A DNA stretch of 44,890 nucleotides, filler included, from Sphacelaria rigidula (Eukaryota): the NCBI GenBank assembly GCA_964200075.2. It is 2 parts of 2 records of this genome, joined end to end, with 100 filler letters (N's around TTAATTAATTAA, not from the genome) between each part and the next. Parts side by side here need not be neighbours in the genome. Positions count along the whole stretch, not along the records: positions 22,501 to 44,890 come from CAXNAA020000338.1; 1 more part is not named here. One strand, 5' to 3'. The translations under genes and the position numbers were made by a program. Shown piece after piece: positions 23,394 to 35,249 of the stretch. Positions within the stretch are counted from its first letter, which is position 1; the number at the start of each line of letters is the position of its first letter. The notes beneath the pieces are model-generated. The model made no database searches. It saw only the letters and a program-made list of their open reading frames with translations, and was not told where the DNA came from.

Positions 23394-26300
23394 CTGCACC
23401 AAAAGTGAAGGAAAGGGAAGGGAAGGGAAGGGAAGGGAAAGGGGAGGAATATCAGGAAAAATAACGGTGCGCGCAACAGAAGAAAACAAAAACGCCAGGA
23501 ACAGGGAAACTAAAGTAAAAACAAATAATGTATTGAAATGATGGAAATGCACACACGACTTCCAGTGCCGTCGAGGCCACGTGAAGACCACTTCTGCCCT
23601 TAAAGGCAGTAGCCCTAGAGTTTTGGTCATGTATCTGGGGTTGACAACATGACTACTTGATTTTAGACTCGAGAAAGTTCTGAGAAAATTCATGGTTTGG
23701 GACAAGTGAGCAGTAGACCTGGCTCGTCTAGAACGCATTTTTGTCAAAATCGGCGCCTGCGGGGTCGATTTCAGGTCTGCCAACGCAGACTTTGCCTGTA
23801 GGGGAGCCTATGCACCCCCACTTGCCCGAGGGTCTCGTACGTCTTGGGTCGGGGTTAGGGTTAGGGTTAGGGTTAGGGTTAGCGTTATTTTTAGTTTGTT
23901 CGATTAAATCACCCATAGAGAAACGACCCAAACTCTAGGTCACCTCCTCAAAAGACGGGGTCATGGGTATAGTCACGTGCAGACAACGGAAATGGGCCAC
24001 TGTAGCAGCGACGCGGCTGCGTATTTTTGTCTACTCCTTGTGCGCAAAGGATGTGATGGTCCACGAGCGAGGAGAGCTGCCGTTGTGACAGCTACATGCG
24101 TTCACCGTAGGAGCTGAAGGAAACCGAAGCGCGAGATGAAGCAACGCCACGAAACACAACAACGCAAAATTACAGTGAATCCGAAGCCCCAAGGCCAACC
24201 TCGAACACAGCGAAGGGACTCAAGGAGCACGTCCACCTTCTTGGGACGCGCAAGACGATGGGGGGGGGAAAGCCCACATGGGCAGGGTGGATAATGCATT
24301 GGGTCAAACTGGGGAACACAAACAAGGGGGTCTTCGTGGGTGAGAGCCCCACACCAGCTCGGGCACCGCACAGGCCCGGGGAGCGTGTCCTGTCCCACGT
24401 CAACACCGCAAAGCGGAATACCAGAACTTGGTGTACGTGCCTGAGCAATCAAGGTCAGCACTGGCTGAAAAAATTGACTTAGCTGACTCCTCTTACAGAA
24501 GCAGCAAAAAAAAAGAGTCGATGAGTCAAGAGTAACGTTCGCAGCCCGGGACATTCATCGTCCTTCTGGATAAGGTATTTTATTTTATTTTCCCCTCCTC
24601 AAAAAATAATAAAATATGCAAAAGTCTCTATTTATTCGGCAAGTTGAGCAACCTAGTTTTCTACTCTCGCGTGCAAAATGCGAAACATCGCGTCGTTTAG
24701 AGCAGTCCTTACAGGAGACACTCAACGATCAGATTCACCTTCGCGGCACCCGCAAAAACAGCGAAGTTTACGCGGCCAACTCGGCGACGAGCTCCATGGT
24801 TGCAAAATGGTTGTTCTCAGTATGAGCGACTTTACTCGGGCCTTCAAGAGTGCTCACGGTCGCAATCCCTCGCCAAGCGAGCGCAGCTCGCGGTTTACTC
24901 AAATCGTCGACACAGCGCACACTTTGCCTAGGACATCGGGTATCCCCCCTTGCCCGACGATACTCAGCCCGCCTGGTGTTTGTGTTTCACTCAGCGCTAG
25001 CGTCATGGTTTTAGAACACAACGTGTTCAACCATCGATTCTTATCGTCGTACTCGCGAAAACCCGCTCCCGCAAAAATCAAAGGCCGATTCCCGATTTCG
25101 AAGCGACAGCACTTCCCCAGCAAGTGTTTCCAACTTGTGTTCATCTTGCTTACGGGTACGTCCATCATGTATGTGACCACGGCTGGGTACCTGGGGAATC
25201 AGATAAAGGTTGAAAATTAATCGATCAACCACCGTGAGAACAGTTACTGTACCTATAACCTCACAAATGGTCGACCCTCTCCTTGAAGTACGAACTTCTC
25301 GTGTGACGCGACTGGAAATCAATAGACAGGGTAGAAATTCTTCTTGAGATACGTTTCCGAGAATCTAGTTGGCCTGGGAAGACACAAATTGTGACGAATA
25401 CCATGCATTTAGTTACATGCATACCTACTGCACAGCACTTTTCGAAAAAATACCTTTCACACAAGCGTGCCACCTCTTCGAAAAACGCCTTCCCAGAGGT
25501 TCCAACGGGAAGTGTCTGCAGCTCGTTCGAGCTGGGATTTGAAGTCTGCATTCGCACAAGAGAAGAAATGGATAAAAAAGGAAGAAGGAAAGCATGCACG
25601 GGGTCAATTACATACGAAAATGCACACATATAAATAACGAGATAAATGAAGACACATACACACGCATACACGGGAAGAGCATCAACGGGGTGTAGGAGCA
25701 CTGCCCAAACACTCGATAGCGAGTCGTCGGGTAGACAACGGGGGAAATGGGGTCTGTTTACTTGAGACTACGCACTCGTCCCGAGGAAGATGAGGCGTAA
25801 AAACTACAAGAAAAAAGAGAGAAAAAAAACGCGCGGACAAAGCGCAATTTTCCGGTTACCGAGGACTGGGTGCAAACATTTTTCCCCGGCACGGAAGTTC
25901 ACGGGAGGTACGTGTACTACGTCTCATGGAGTGGGAGCTGGGGAGGTCTTGCTGAGAGTCAAGGCAGGAACGAAAATTGGACTGACCAAGGGGGAGGCGA
26001 ACGTCACCAAACACCAGTAAAGGGCACAGTAATCACCCGGGCAAGGGGTGGACAATGACATTGACATGTCGGTTGAAGAATGCAGAATCAAAGGTTCTGT
26101 TGCGTAGCTTCCATCCATGGCAAATCAGCCTTCCCTTAATCCTTCTCTCGAGGGATTTTTTTCCCCACTCCTGGTGTTTCCACCAGCATCCGCCATACAC
26201 CCGCACCAACGCTTACACCAATCGCCAACCCCGGAACAGCGAGCTATGGTGCGGCGGCAGAAAATCCGGCCCTTCCTCTAACCATGGGTCGTGAATATCT

Positions 26301-28997
26301 TCCATCCGAAACTCGCCCACTAAGGGCCGCCCGGGTACCACTCGTGGTGCATCCCATTTTTGCACGCGCGACCCTATCTACCGCCCGCTCGGCCCGCGGC
26401 ATGCGCAGCTTCCAATAACAGTGCTCCCGCCACGGATAAGCTCTCCCTCCGCTGGGGGGGTGGGGGGGCGGGGGGTGGGAGGGGGAAGAGGGGGGGGGGG
26501 GGGGGGGAGCGGAAGCCAGGGCGACTTCTGATGGATGGCCGCATAATGCGGAAACTCGGGACGGCATTTTTGCTTGTAATAGCTACTGAGTGGACAACGG
26601 GTTCTTGTCATATAGTGAACCACTCTCTTGACTGTATCGTAAGTTGGGAAAGAAGCTCCGGTTCGTTTGATTTTGGAAGATTGACAAAATGGGATATACC
26701 CCGGGGATTCGGGGGGCAAGTGAGGGTAGTACACTGTTCGGGGCGAGTCGCACGCCGGGTGGGAACCTCTGAAACACCTTCCAGCACTTTCGTCTCACGC
26801 ACAAGGTGCTTGGGAAATACACTCAACTATTGGTTTTTTGGCATATGGCGACAGGGTCAAATTGGGTGTGGAAAGAGTGAGTTTGTTAGAGCACTCCCAT
26901 TTTGTCAACAAATTCGCGGGGGACATACCTCGTGTCAGCTGAAAAATTATGTAATACCCTCATTGTTTTCTCGTACATCCCCCAATTGTGTTCGTGTGTA
27001 TACCCCCTTTTCATTCGGGGAGCCTTGTGCGGACTACGCAGAGGACACCCCAAACAACCCCGAACGTGAAACATTTTGCTCATCTCCACTTCCCGAAAAG
27101 GTCGAAAGCCCACCGACCAAGAAACCGTGGTCTACTACCGCTGGTTGCCCCGCGGACCCCACAGATCCGACCGCGTGTGAAGGGTGCGAATGGTTCAGAA
27201 GAGTTTGCAGCTCCCCCGAATCTCCGTTCACCCCTTCACCGCCGGGGGTGTCTATCTGTTGAATCGGTATCCCTTGAAGTCCCTGTTCAAGTGAAGCATG
27301 GTGCCGAATAAACACCTTGTCCATTTGTTCTACTACCTCCATTTTGTCCTTCTATTTTTTCACAGGTGGATTGTCATCAATATCAACGATTACGGGCTGC
27401 CGCTTTTTATTGAGTAGGGACGAGCGTTTTGGAGGCGCCGTGGCACATAGGTCACAGTGCAGAGCCATGCGTCTCACGGGGGACGCAATATGTACATAAT
27501 CCATCTTGCCAACGGATGTGACGCATATTCTGGAACGGATATCCCCACCGTAGCTCGTGATTCAGGGCACAGCCGACATTCATCACAGGCTACATGAAAT
27601 ACCGTGTCTGCCCGAAAGCTCCCGTCGGACCATGGGCAGAAGTTCTGTCCGATTCCTCTGCCGCACAGTACGATGTCGTGGGTATCCATCATATTTCCAC
27701 GACCGCCCACTACCCTCGCCGCAGTGGTGTGGTCGGAAGAGGGTAAGCCTATTTATCACTCAGATGCTCTACGGGCCAATTTTTTCAATTTCGTAACTAC
27801 TAATTCTGTAGTAGCGCCGGTCGAAGCAGCATTTCACCGTAAGAGGTTGGAATGATCGTTCCGCCATGAACAGTCCATTACCGATGGGATATGTGTAGAT
27901 GGGGGGGCTTCTCCGAGGATAGTTCGACTGCTGATCATATTTGCCGTGCAGTCCTGTATGGTTGCACATATGAATATCTAGCGGCGCACTCAAAGTGCAC
28001 CCAAGGAATTTCCGGTGCATCCGTAAAGAAGGCTTGTCTGGGTGGGCTGGTATCATAGGATTAACAAGTGTCACTGCGTCATGCCCCCGTGATGAAACTG
28101 ATGCACTTGCAGCAGGTTAGGGCGGAAGGTTGATGGTTCGAATGCCGGCAGGGGCGTTTTTTTCTGCAAAATATCCCACTCTTCCATCACTATAATATAC
28201 GTGAGTACGTGAGTGGGTAATATAAATGGACAAGTTGCGACACTGTACAATAGTGCGAATCTAATCCGTAATAATCAACTGCCAGGAAGTACAGGGGCGT
28301 GTACCCATGATCTCGCATGCCTTAGTTACACGATCATCGCATAGTACACCCGTTACTAGTACACCGGTACAAGGCAGTACAGAGGGAGAGATGTTTATGG
28401 GCTCGTCTCGAGTAGGGCGGGAAGGGGGTTGAAAGCACGACGAGAAAAAGTAAATTGCATGCTATGCGCGATAAGTAGGGTTATGACATCATGTGTCGGA
28501 AAGCAAACCCATGACGGCGGCGCAGCACCATCTACTACAACGTTGTGCGGGGGAGATAAAAACTCCTGACGGGATGCCATTGAACCTGTACTTCTGCCTC
28601 ATCGAGTCTTCGCGGTAGGTATCTACGTTCCCGTCAGTCAATCAAGTGAGACTTAGAACAAACGATATCGATACGTAGCCCGTACGATGTTGCTCGCTCT
28701 CCTCAGATTTGATCGGGTATGACTGATATGTCTACGGGATCGGAACTATATATTTCCAATAGCAATAAGGCCTGTTTGATGAGAGAACGTTGGGAGCAAT
28801 CTGAGAGATCATGCACCAACCAAAATCAATCATATATTTCTGTACAAAGTGACGAGTCGGAACTGTGTCGCGGCCAAACCGTATGCTTTCATAATCTCCC
28901 TGTCGACACGTTGGCTCTCCACGCACACAAAGAGAGAACGCGTATCTGCAGCAATCGTCGCCGCATGCTCTTCGTTAGTAACACTGTTGATGATAAG

Positions 28998-29034
<37 letters not shown>

Positions 29035-32000
29035 CCAGACTGCTTGGAGTGGAGAGCGACCGATGATAGAACTGACTGTATGTCTTCCCGTCAGATGTAA
29101 ATAGGAGCCTCAGTGTAGAATGCTGTTGCATCGATGTAAAAATATTTTTTCGTGTAAATATCCCGTATCCCTTTCACGGTACTCGGACATTGGCGTCAAA
29201 AGTCCGAAAGAAACCACGACTTGACATGTCTACATCCACGACTCCTACCCCCGTCTTGATTTGCTCCCCACTCATTTCTAGGTGCTCTCTCTTTGTCGGA
29301 CGCATCTCAGCTGTTGAGGGGATGGCGTACCTCAGGTGGGGAGCAACAGGGGTGTGTGGCAAAATACCGAATCAACCCCCAAACGCACGGTGCAACTTGA
29401 ACACTTACTGTTCCGACGGCCAACGTTGAGTAAAAACGGAAGCGGTGTGAAGCGGTGTCAGGTGCGGCCGGCTTATTTGAACGGGCATTCATTCCAAGAA
29501 CCGACTGAAAACCCGAGATTTTCGGTGCTTGGCCTGAATGAGCGAACGCGTCTGGCGGTAAGAAGTGTGAGTCGGTGGTGCTTTTCAGAAACCCAAGGCT
29601 TTGGACAGCGTTGTTTGGGTTGGTGATACACAAGGCACAACCTGCAATTCTCGAAGAATACAAGCCTGCGGCAAGGATAGTTAATGTGGCACGCGGTAAA
29701 ATGTTTACAGACCGGATGATACGACGACAAGTCGATATTTCGAAGATCGGACACGGCCGATCCGGTCGGTACAGGAACACGCATGACTACACGAGTTTAC
29801 ATGATCGATTGCCAAATCAAATCCAACACGCCGGTCGTTGAACCGGACGAAAGCCTCACATGGCCATCGCTGGATCGAACAGCTGAAGTGCAAGTCTCAC
29901 ATACTTGTGTTTGAACCGGTTCAGGTGCATGGACACCTGTAGCATCGGCCAGGTGAAAGGCTCCCAAACTCTCGCTTAGCACCACGCCAAGAGCATTGAG
30001 CTCTGGGCTTCAAACTGTTCGGCGGAAACAGAAATGGAGCTCTCAAGCATGCAACGAGAAATTCTGGTCAAAACAGAGCACAAAGCTGCAGCTCTCCAAA
30101 TTCGGAGCAGTTAGTTCCCGAGAAACTCGTGACCATTGCACTCACAGCACGCAGAACCAACCACCTAGTTCCGGGCATACTACAAACACGCGATGATTGT
30201 CCCGTCCAAAAGTGCACCTCAGTCGACGCCTCCAGGCAGGCGGTATACGTGCTCGATGCAATCAAAGGAACGAACCGATAATAAACACAGGCAAGAACCA
30301 AGCGCCCAACACCCTGTGGTATCCCTCCGGATGCACAAAGCTTACGTCAACTACTGCCTGAATGTTTTATGAACCATTATCGCAGAGTTTTGGCCGAAAA
30401 AGAGCAAAGTGGAGGTTGTGGAGGGCATTCTTGTGACGCCTACCTGGGTATCTTGCTCCTTTTCCCAAGATGCCAGAACCGAGCCGATACTTGGTGTGAT
30501 TACAGCAAAACAACATATCATCCGGTAGAATAATCTTCTTGATAGTTGTCGAGACGATTGATTTCGGCCGTACTTTATGTGGAGCCCGTTCAAGTAAAAT
30601 TCTGGTTACAGAAAACCTGGAAAAACTTAAGAAATCGAAGAAACTCACGAAAGGCATTACGAGAGAAAATGCTGCGCGTCAGGTGTGCTCTTGAGGGACC
30701 GTTACGGGACGAAACAGAAGAATTCTCAGCACTATTCTGGGCAACCGAGACTAAACCGCAAAGCGGCTCTCTTCTGTTGTCCGCCTCATCACCATGCCTG
30801 TACAGGGTCAGTACCGCACAACCATATACAACGGTTGGAACATGCTCTCAGGTGTGCCAGCATCGCCAGGAATGTACGAGGACTTTCCGAACAAGTCTTG
30901 GAGCACGCTGTTCAGCCATTATGCAGCAGCAGCGATAACCAGCGTACACGACCAGGAATGCAGAAAACTGGTGGAACGGAAAACGGCGAAGATGCGCCTT
31001 TGACATGGCTAACTATACGGGGGACCCTCGCACACGAAAATCCATACATGTCATGCCCATACTTCCCGCGGTTCGTACACCCCATCTTCATCCAATTAGT
31101 GATTTTATGATCCAGCTTATCTCGGTTCTTACACCCCATGTTTTTGCGAGTACACGTGCTGCATCACAACATTGTGACCCCATTTTTTGCGTTGTCAAAA
31201 CAAATCCGTCATGTTGAGAGGTTCCCGCGGTCACAGGGGTGAAACCTTTCACCACCGCGTATGTCCCTCAGTTGAATCAGCATAAAGCTCACTTGGAAAT
31301 GACGATCAGGTTCAGGGTATCTATCCAAAAGCTCCTGAAGGATCGAAATGCGGCGTTTTCGGCCTGATAGCTTACTACTTCTCGTGAATCAACGACACAT
31401 CTACGTGGTCACCTGTGATGCACATTCCCGCAACAAAGGAATGGTGGGGATGACGGTGCCTCACTACCCCTCCCCCTCTTCCCCCCCGATGTTTCCCTTG
31501 CACTTTGGATCAAGGCGTACGAACAATGTCGGAAAAGTAGGGACAAATCCGACTCTCGGGTCCTACGTGCAATGTCGGCAAAACGGAGATAAGTCTGACT
31601 GGAAGTAAACGCTTCATTCCAGGACCATGAGAAAACATTTTACCGGAGTGAGCTGTGCCATCCACGTCGGGAAATGAGCCCACATATCAAACGAGCCGTC
31701 CTCATCTCATGACCAACACTCGGACTCCGTCGTGCGTGTGGGCGGCACTGTACCTTGCAGAGAACGAAGACACCTTTGGCGGGGTCTGTGATGAAGGGTT
31801 TCACCGTATCAACGCCCATGTAGGCATTCAGCGTTACGGCGTGCGCACCGACCTCCTGTGGCATTGCGGCGGCAAAATAAGCGGCGGACGAACGATGAAT
31901 GAGAAACATTGGGGTTTTATTGCGCACTCATCTTTGAAATGCACCACACTTTTCCAGCGACAACCTCAAAAAAAAAACGCCGTGGGCGGCCCTTTATCAC

Positions 32001-32637
32001 ACGCATTGTTTTTTCTTTGCAAATTTGGAAATTAGAATCATGTTCCAAGGACGATACTTTTAGACCATTATCATCATTGCAGAATATCCACAATAAGTGT
32101 TGTCGATGGGATTTGGGGGACACAAGAACGCCAGGAGAATGCTCTCCACAACACCAATGTTTGACATGGCACCTCCAAAAGTTGACCCACAGGAAATTGG
32201 ACAGTCTCAAGGCAGATAGTCATTATCTCTCACAAGCTCATTCTCGCACCCCTCCCGTTCCCAGGGCGTTTTCGTCAAACTCCACCATATCAACGATAAC
32301 ATAGCAGCAGATCTTTCTGAGGTGGTGGGGTCCAAAAGAGATTGATGCCAATTGTTCGCCTAGGATCTACAGTTTCCCGCCGCGTCCACCCGTGCTATAC
32401 CGACAGATGTGTGATAGGGCGGCCAGATAATATTTGGTCAACTACTGAGTTTGTATATGCAGCAATAGGCGGAAGGCGCCGATAACTAATGGCAGCCGGA
32501 CTGGACCGACTAACCTTGGCTGCCAAAGCGTAAGCCTCCGCAGTTGTGTCGATGTCTCCTCTCTTCACGTCCAAGATGACCGGGATACCTTCCGGTACGG
32601 CTTCGATCACCTCCTTGAGGGCTTGGGCACCCTCCGC
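23290..32637 (-). CDS. pyrF: Orotidine-5'-phosphate decarboxylase (OMPDC domain of UMP synthase), partial: four internal exons
   Basis: join(32637-32515, 31855-31754, 25545-25454, 23393-23290) is open and phase-consistent: [56 protein letters not shown]. The 5' and 3' exons are not found in the window. Confidence 0.92.
23409..23445. repeat. (GGAAG)n purine microsatellite forming the polypyrimidine tract of a pyrF acceptor on -
   Basis: Read directly; about 15 bp upstream of the 23393 acceptor. Confidence 0.85.
23614..23939. mobile_element. MITE-like element containing telomere-type (GGGTTA)5 repeats
   Basis: Left end CCTAGAGTTTTGGTC; right end GACCCAAACTCTAGG (14/15 inverted match); GGGTTA x5 at 23852-23881. 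Confidence 0.65.
25454..25545 (-). CDS. pyrF: OMP decarboxylase exon
   Basis: atgcag|[30 protein letters not shown](AG)|gtattt. Confidence 0.92.
26540..28150 (-). pseudogene. Intronless, frameshifted SET-domain (lysine methyltransferase) gene remnant
   Basis: Collinear fragments across frameshifts: IGNGLF / [12 protein letters not shown] / SSYEIE / [14 protein letters not shown] / [15 protein letters not shown] / PE-ITSYGGD / VHI..HCDLC, versus SET G.GLF, GT.I.EY.GE, G..RF.NHSC.PN, EEL..YG. Confidence 0.5.
28998..29033. repeat. (CAG)n/(CAACAG)n microsatellite
   Basis: Read directly from the sequence. Confidence 0.9.
29300..30700 (-). mobile_element. Decayed piggyBac-like transposase
   Basis: Collinear fragments [12 protein letters not shown] (QY..KP.KYG), [22 protein letters not shown] (CP..I..YN..MGGVD..DQ) and [21 protein letters not shown] (C-terminal zinc ribbon). 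Confidence 0.45.
31754..31855 (-). CDS. pyrF: OMP decarboxylase exon
   Basis: ccacag|[34 protein letters not shown]|gtacag. Confidence 0.93.
32515..32637 (-). CDS. pyrF: OMP decarboxylase exon with catalytic DxKxxDIxxT motif
   Basis: cttcag|[41 protein letters not shown]|gttagt. Confidence 0.93.
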
Positions 32638-33559
32638 CTGAAGCATCATCAATCAGCAGAACACATCAGGAATCAACCAAAGCGACAAGGTTTAGAAATC
32701 ACGTCCACGTGCTTTTGTCTTGTTTGGCGCTTTTTAAACCCTCCCCCTCCCTCAGGCATGGTCCGCGGCCTCAAGGGATCGCCCAACCTCTCCACTGTTA
32801 CACACCTTGCAACTGCGCATCGCGGTTTGGATCATGACTATCAGCACTCCCGCGCCACGTCACCTCTCGTCATGAACTATTTTTGCTACTCACGTTCGCA
32901 GGTTTTTCAGCAACGGAACAATCTGTTTTCAGGGAATAAGCCAAACGGGTATTTCCCCCATCTAGTTGTCAAGTCGTACCATTGGACCACCAGGACGGGG
33001 CGTACACGAATCGTCAAATCAAGCTAAGGTGTGTACTCACGTCATCGACAACCTCACCCAGTGATCAACGACACGCCCAGTCACACCAGAGGATTCCAGC
33101 ATGAAGCTGAGGGCGGAGAGAGGAAGAGGAGTCAGTATGCGTGTTCATCGTGGATCAAGTCCCGTGTTGTATCATGTTGGCTTATTGGAGGTCTTTGCGT
33201 CCGAGATGAATCACGCACCAAGAGCTTCGGTGAAAAAAAGCATTGCTGTGCGCAGCAAGACGAGATGCATACTGGATGCGTTCTCTGGAAAGTGCTGAAT
33301 AAAACACTGCTTGGTTGCCCCCCCAGTGGCATGGGCTATCAGTATAAATCAGCAATGGCAAACGTTCAAGTATTTATGACAAACTGTGAGGTCACCGCTG
33401 TGAGGCTGATCATCTGCCATTTAATACCAGTAGCCAAGCCAATGTTGTCCTGGCCTCCATATTTTGTTGAGATATGACGAATATCGCAAATTTCGGATCA
33501 GGTGCTGCCAACTGCACCCCCATTTCGTCAGGGTGGAAGGTAGCACAGGTCGAACGAAT

Positions 33560-35190
33560 CAGAGTTCATACGGGTTGACTCATGAATGTTGAGTGCACAT
33601 CTTGTGCCAAAGAGTCATCGCTTATGAATCAACATTACGTTCAAGGTGGTACCGCCCAAACTACGAACTGGGAATGGGTACACTGCAAAACGTGTCACAA
33701 GAATGAAGAGGGTAAAATATGTACATATGTACCAATAACAGCTCACGAACGAATCACTGGTGGAAAAAATGTCCCATTGATTCGTACCGCACGAATCGTT
33801 GATGAAAAACATGTACGCTTCACTCATTCCGTATGAATGAAAGAGGATATACATGTAGATATGATTCAAGCCATATGATTGAGGAGTGGTGAACATGCAT
33901 TTCTGTTATCTCGCATGATCACAGGAAGAAGACATGTACATGCGATTCATGCAGCATGGATGAAAAGAAAGAAACACGTACCTATTATTCATGCGGTATG
34001 AATGCAAGGGGAGACACAGGCACCGCCGATTCATGCCGTATGGATGGAAAGGTGGGGAACATGTATACGTAATTCCATCTCGCATTAAGCACACGTGAAA
34101 AAAACATGCGTGTGATTCATGCTGCATTAATGAAAGGGCAAAAATACACATCCATGACTCATGCCGAATGAATGAAAGATTTTAGCACCAGTCTTGTCTG
34201 GTGTTCGTTGTACAGACTGTTTAGTACTATGTCCTATGCTGTGCTGTACCGTTCCATCTGCAGACTGCAGCGGGCGCTGCTGGAGTGTTACCAAAACCTC
34301 ACGCGAACATGCGGGGACGACTCGTGAAGTATTGGTGCTGTCCGAAGCTGTCTTCGTACTCTTTAATATTTTCAGGCCAACCGTACCACAGAAGAAAACA
34401 TGGCACAAAGTCTGTCAACGGTTTAGCTAGAGAAAAAAGAACAGATAAAGCAATCGCTTTGGGCACGAAGATTCGTGCTGTGTTGTGCAATGCTGTACCG
34501 TACTGTCTGCGGGCTGCAGAATACGCTCCCGGAGCTTTCCCGCAAAACGTCCCGCGAACATACGACGACAGTTCGTGCTGATGCTGTCCCCGCAGGAGTT
34601 CGTGGTGTGATACACAATTTAGTCAAAACTCAGATCACCTGTACCACAAAGCACGACATGAAACCAAGGCTGTCAATAGCATAGCTCGGGAAAATAAAAA
34701 GCTACAAGAGTCGCTCTGGGAACGCAGGCACATGTGCTGAACTGCGCTGTATGATTTCTGCGGTTTCAAGTTGTGTTGCGTGTGAGTACAGCATTTGAAA
34801 TCGGGGTAATTGCGAATATGGCTCTGGAGGCGTTCGCGACCTACACGTTCTCATTTCCCTACCCCACCTGCAAATAGGCGGCGCTACCGAAGAGTCGCGC
34901 CCCAAGAAATGACAGGTGGGAAAGATGTTATCATGATTCATGCCATGTGAACGGAGGGTGGGGAACATGTACGCATGATTCATGCTGCATGAATGGGAGG
35001 TACGAAACATGAACCTATGATTCATATCGTACGAATGGAAGGCAGGAGACACGTACCTTCCACGGTGTACCTCACGAATTGCCACGGGGTAATATGCACG
35101 CTTCATGGAGTGTCACACGAATCACGAGCCCGAAATGTGTACGAATCATAAATCGTGCACGAATCATGTGATCAATTCGTGCGAATGTTG
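33560..35190. repeat. Non-coding repetitive element: about 42 bp ACATGTAC..GATTCATG..TGAA units flanking a degenerate about 250 bp direct duplication (about 34210-34440 / 34470-34700)
   Basis: Read directly from the sequence; termini not resolved. Confidence 0.65.
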
Positions 35191-35249
35191 AATATGAGAC
35201 GGATCGCGAATCCTCCGATCCTTGGAACATGGCGCTAAGCGAGCATCAA

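Noticed and set aside
26360-27262. 300-aa plus-strand ORF
   Set aside because: Antisense shadow of the minus-strand relic plus poly-G runs; no recognisable domain.
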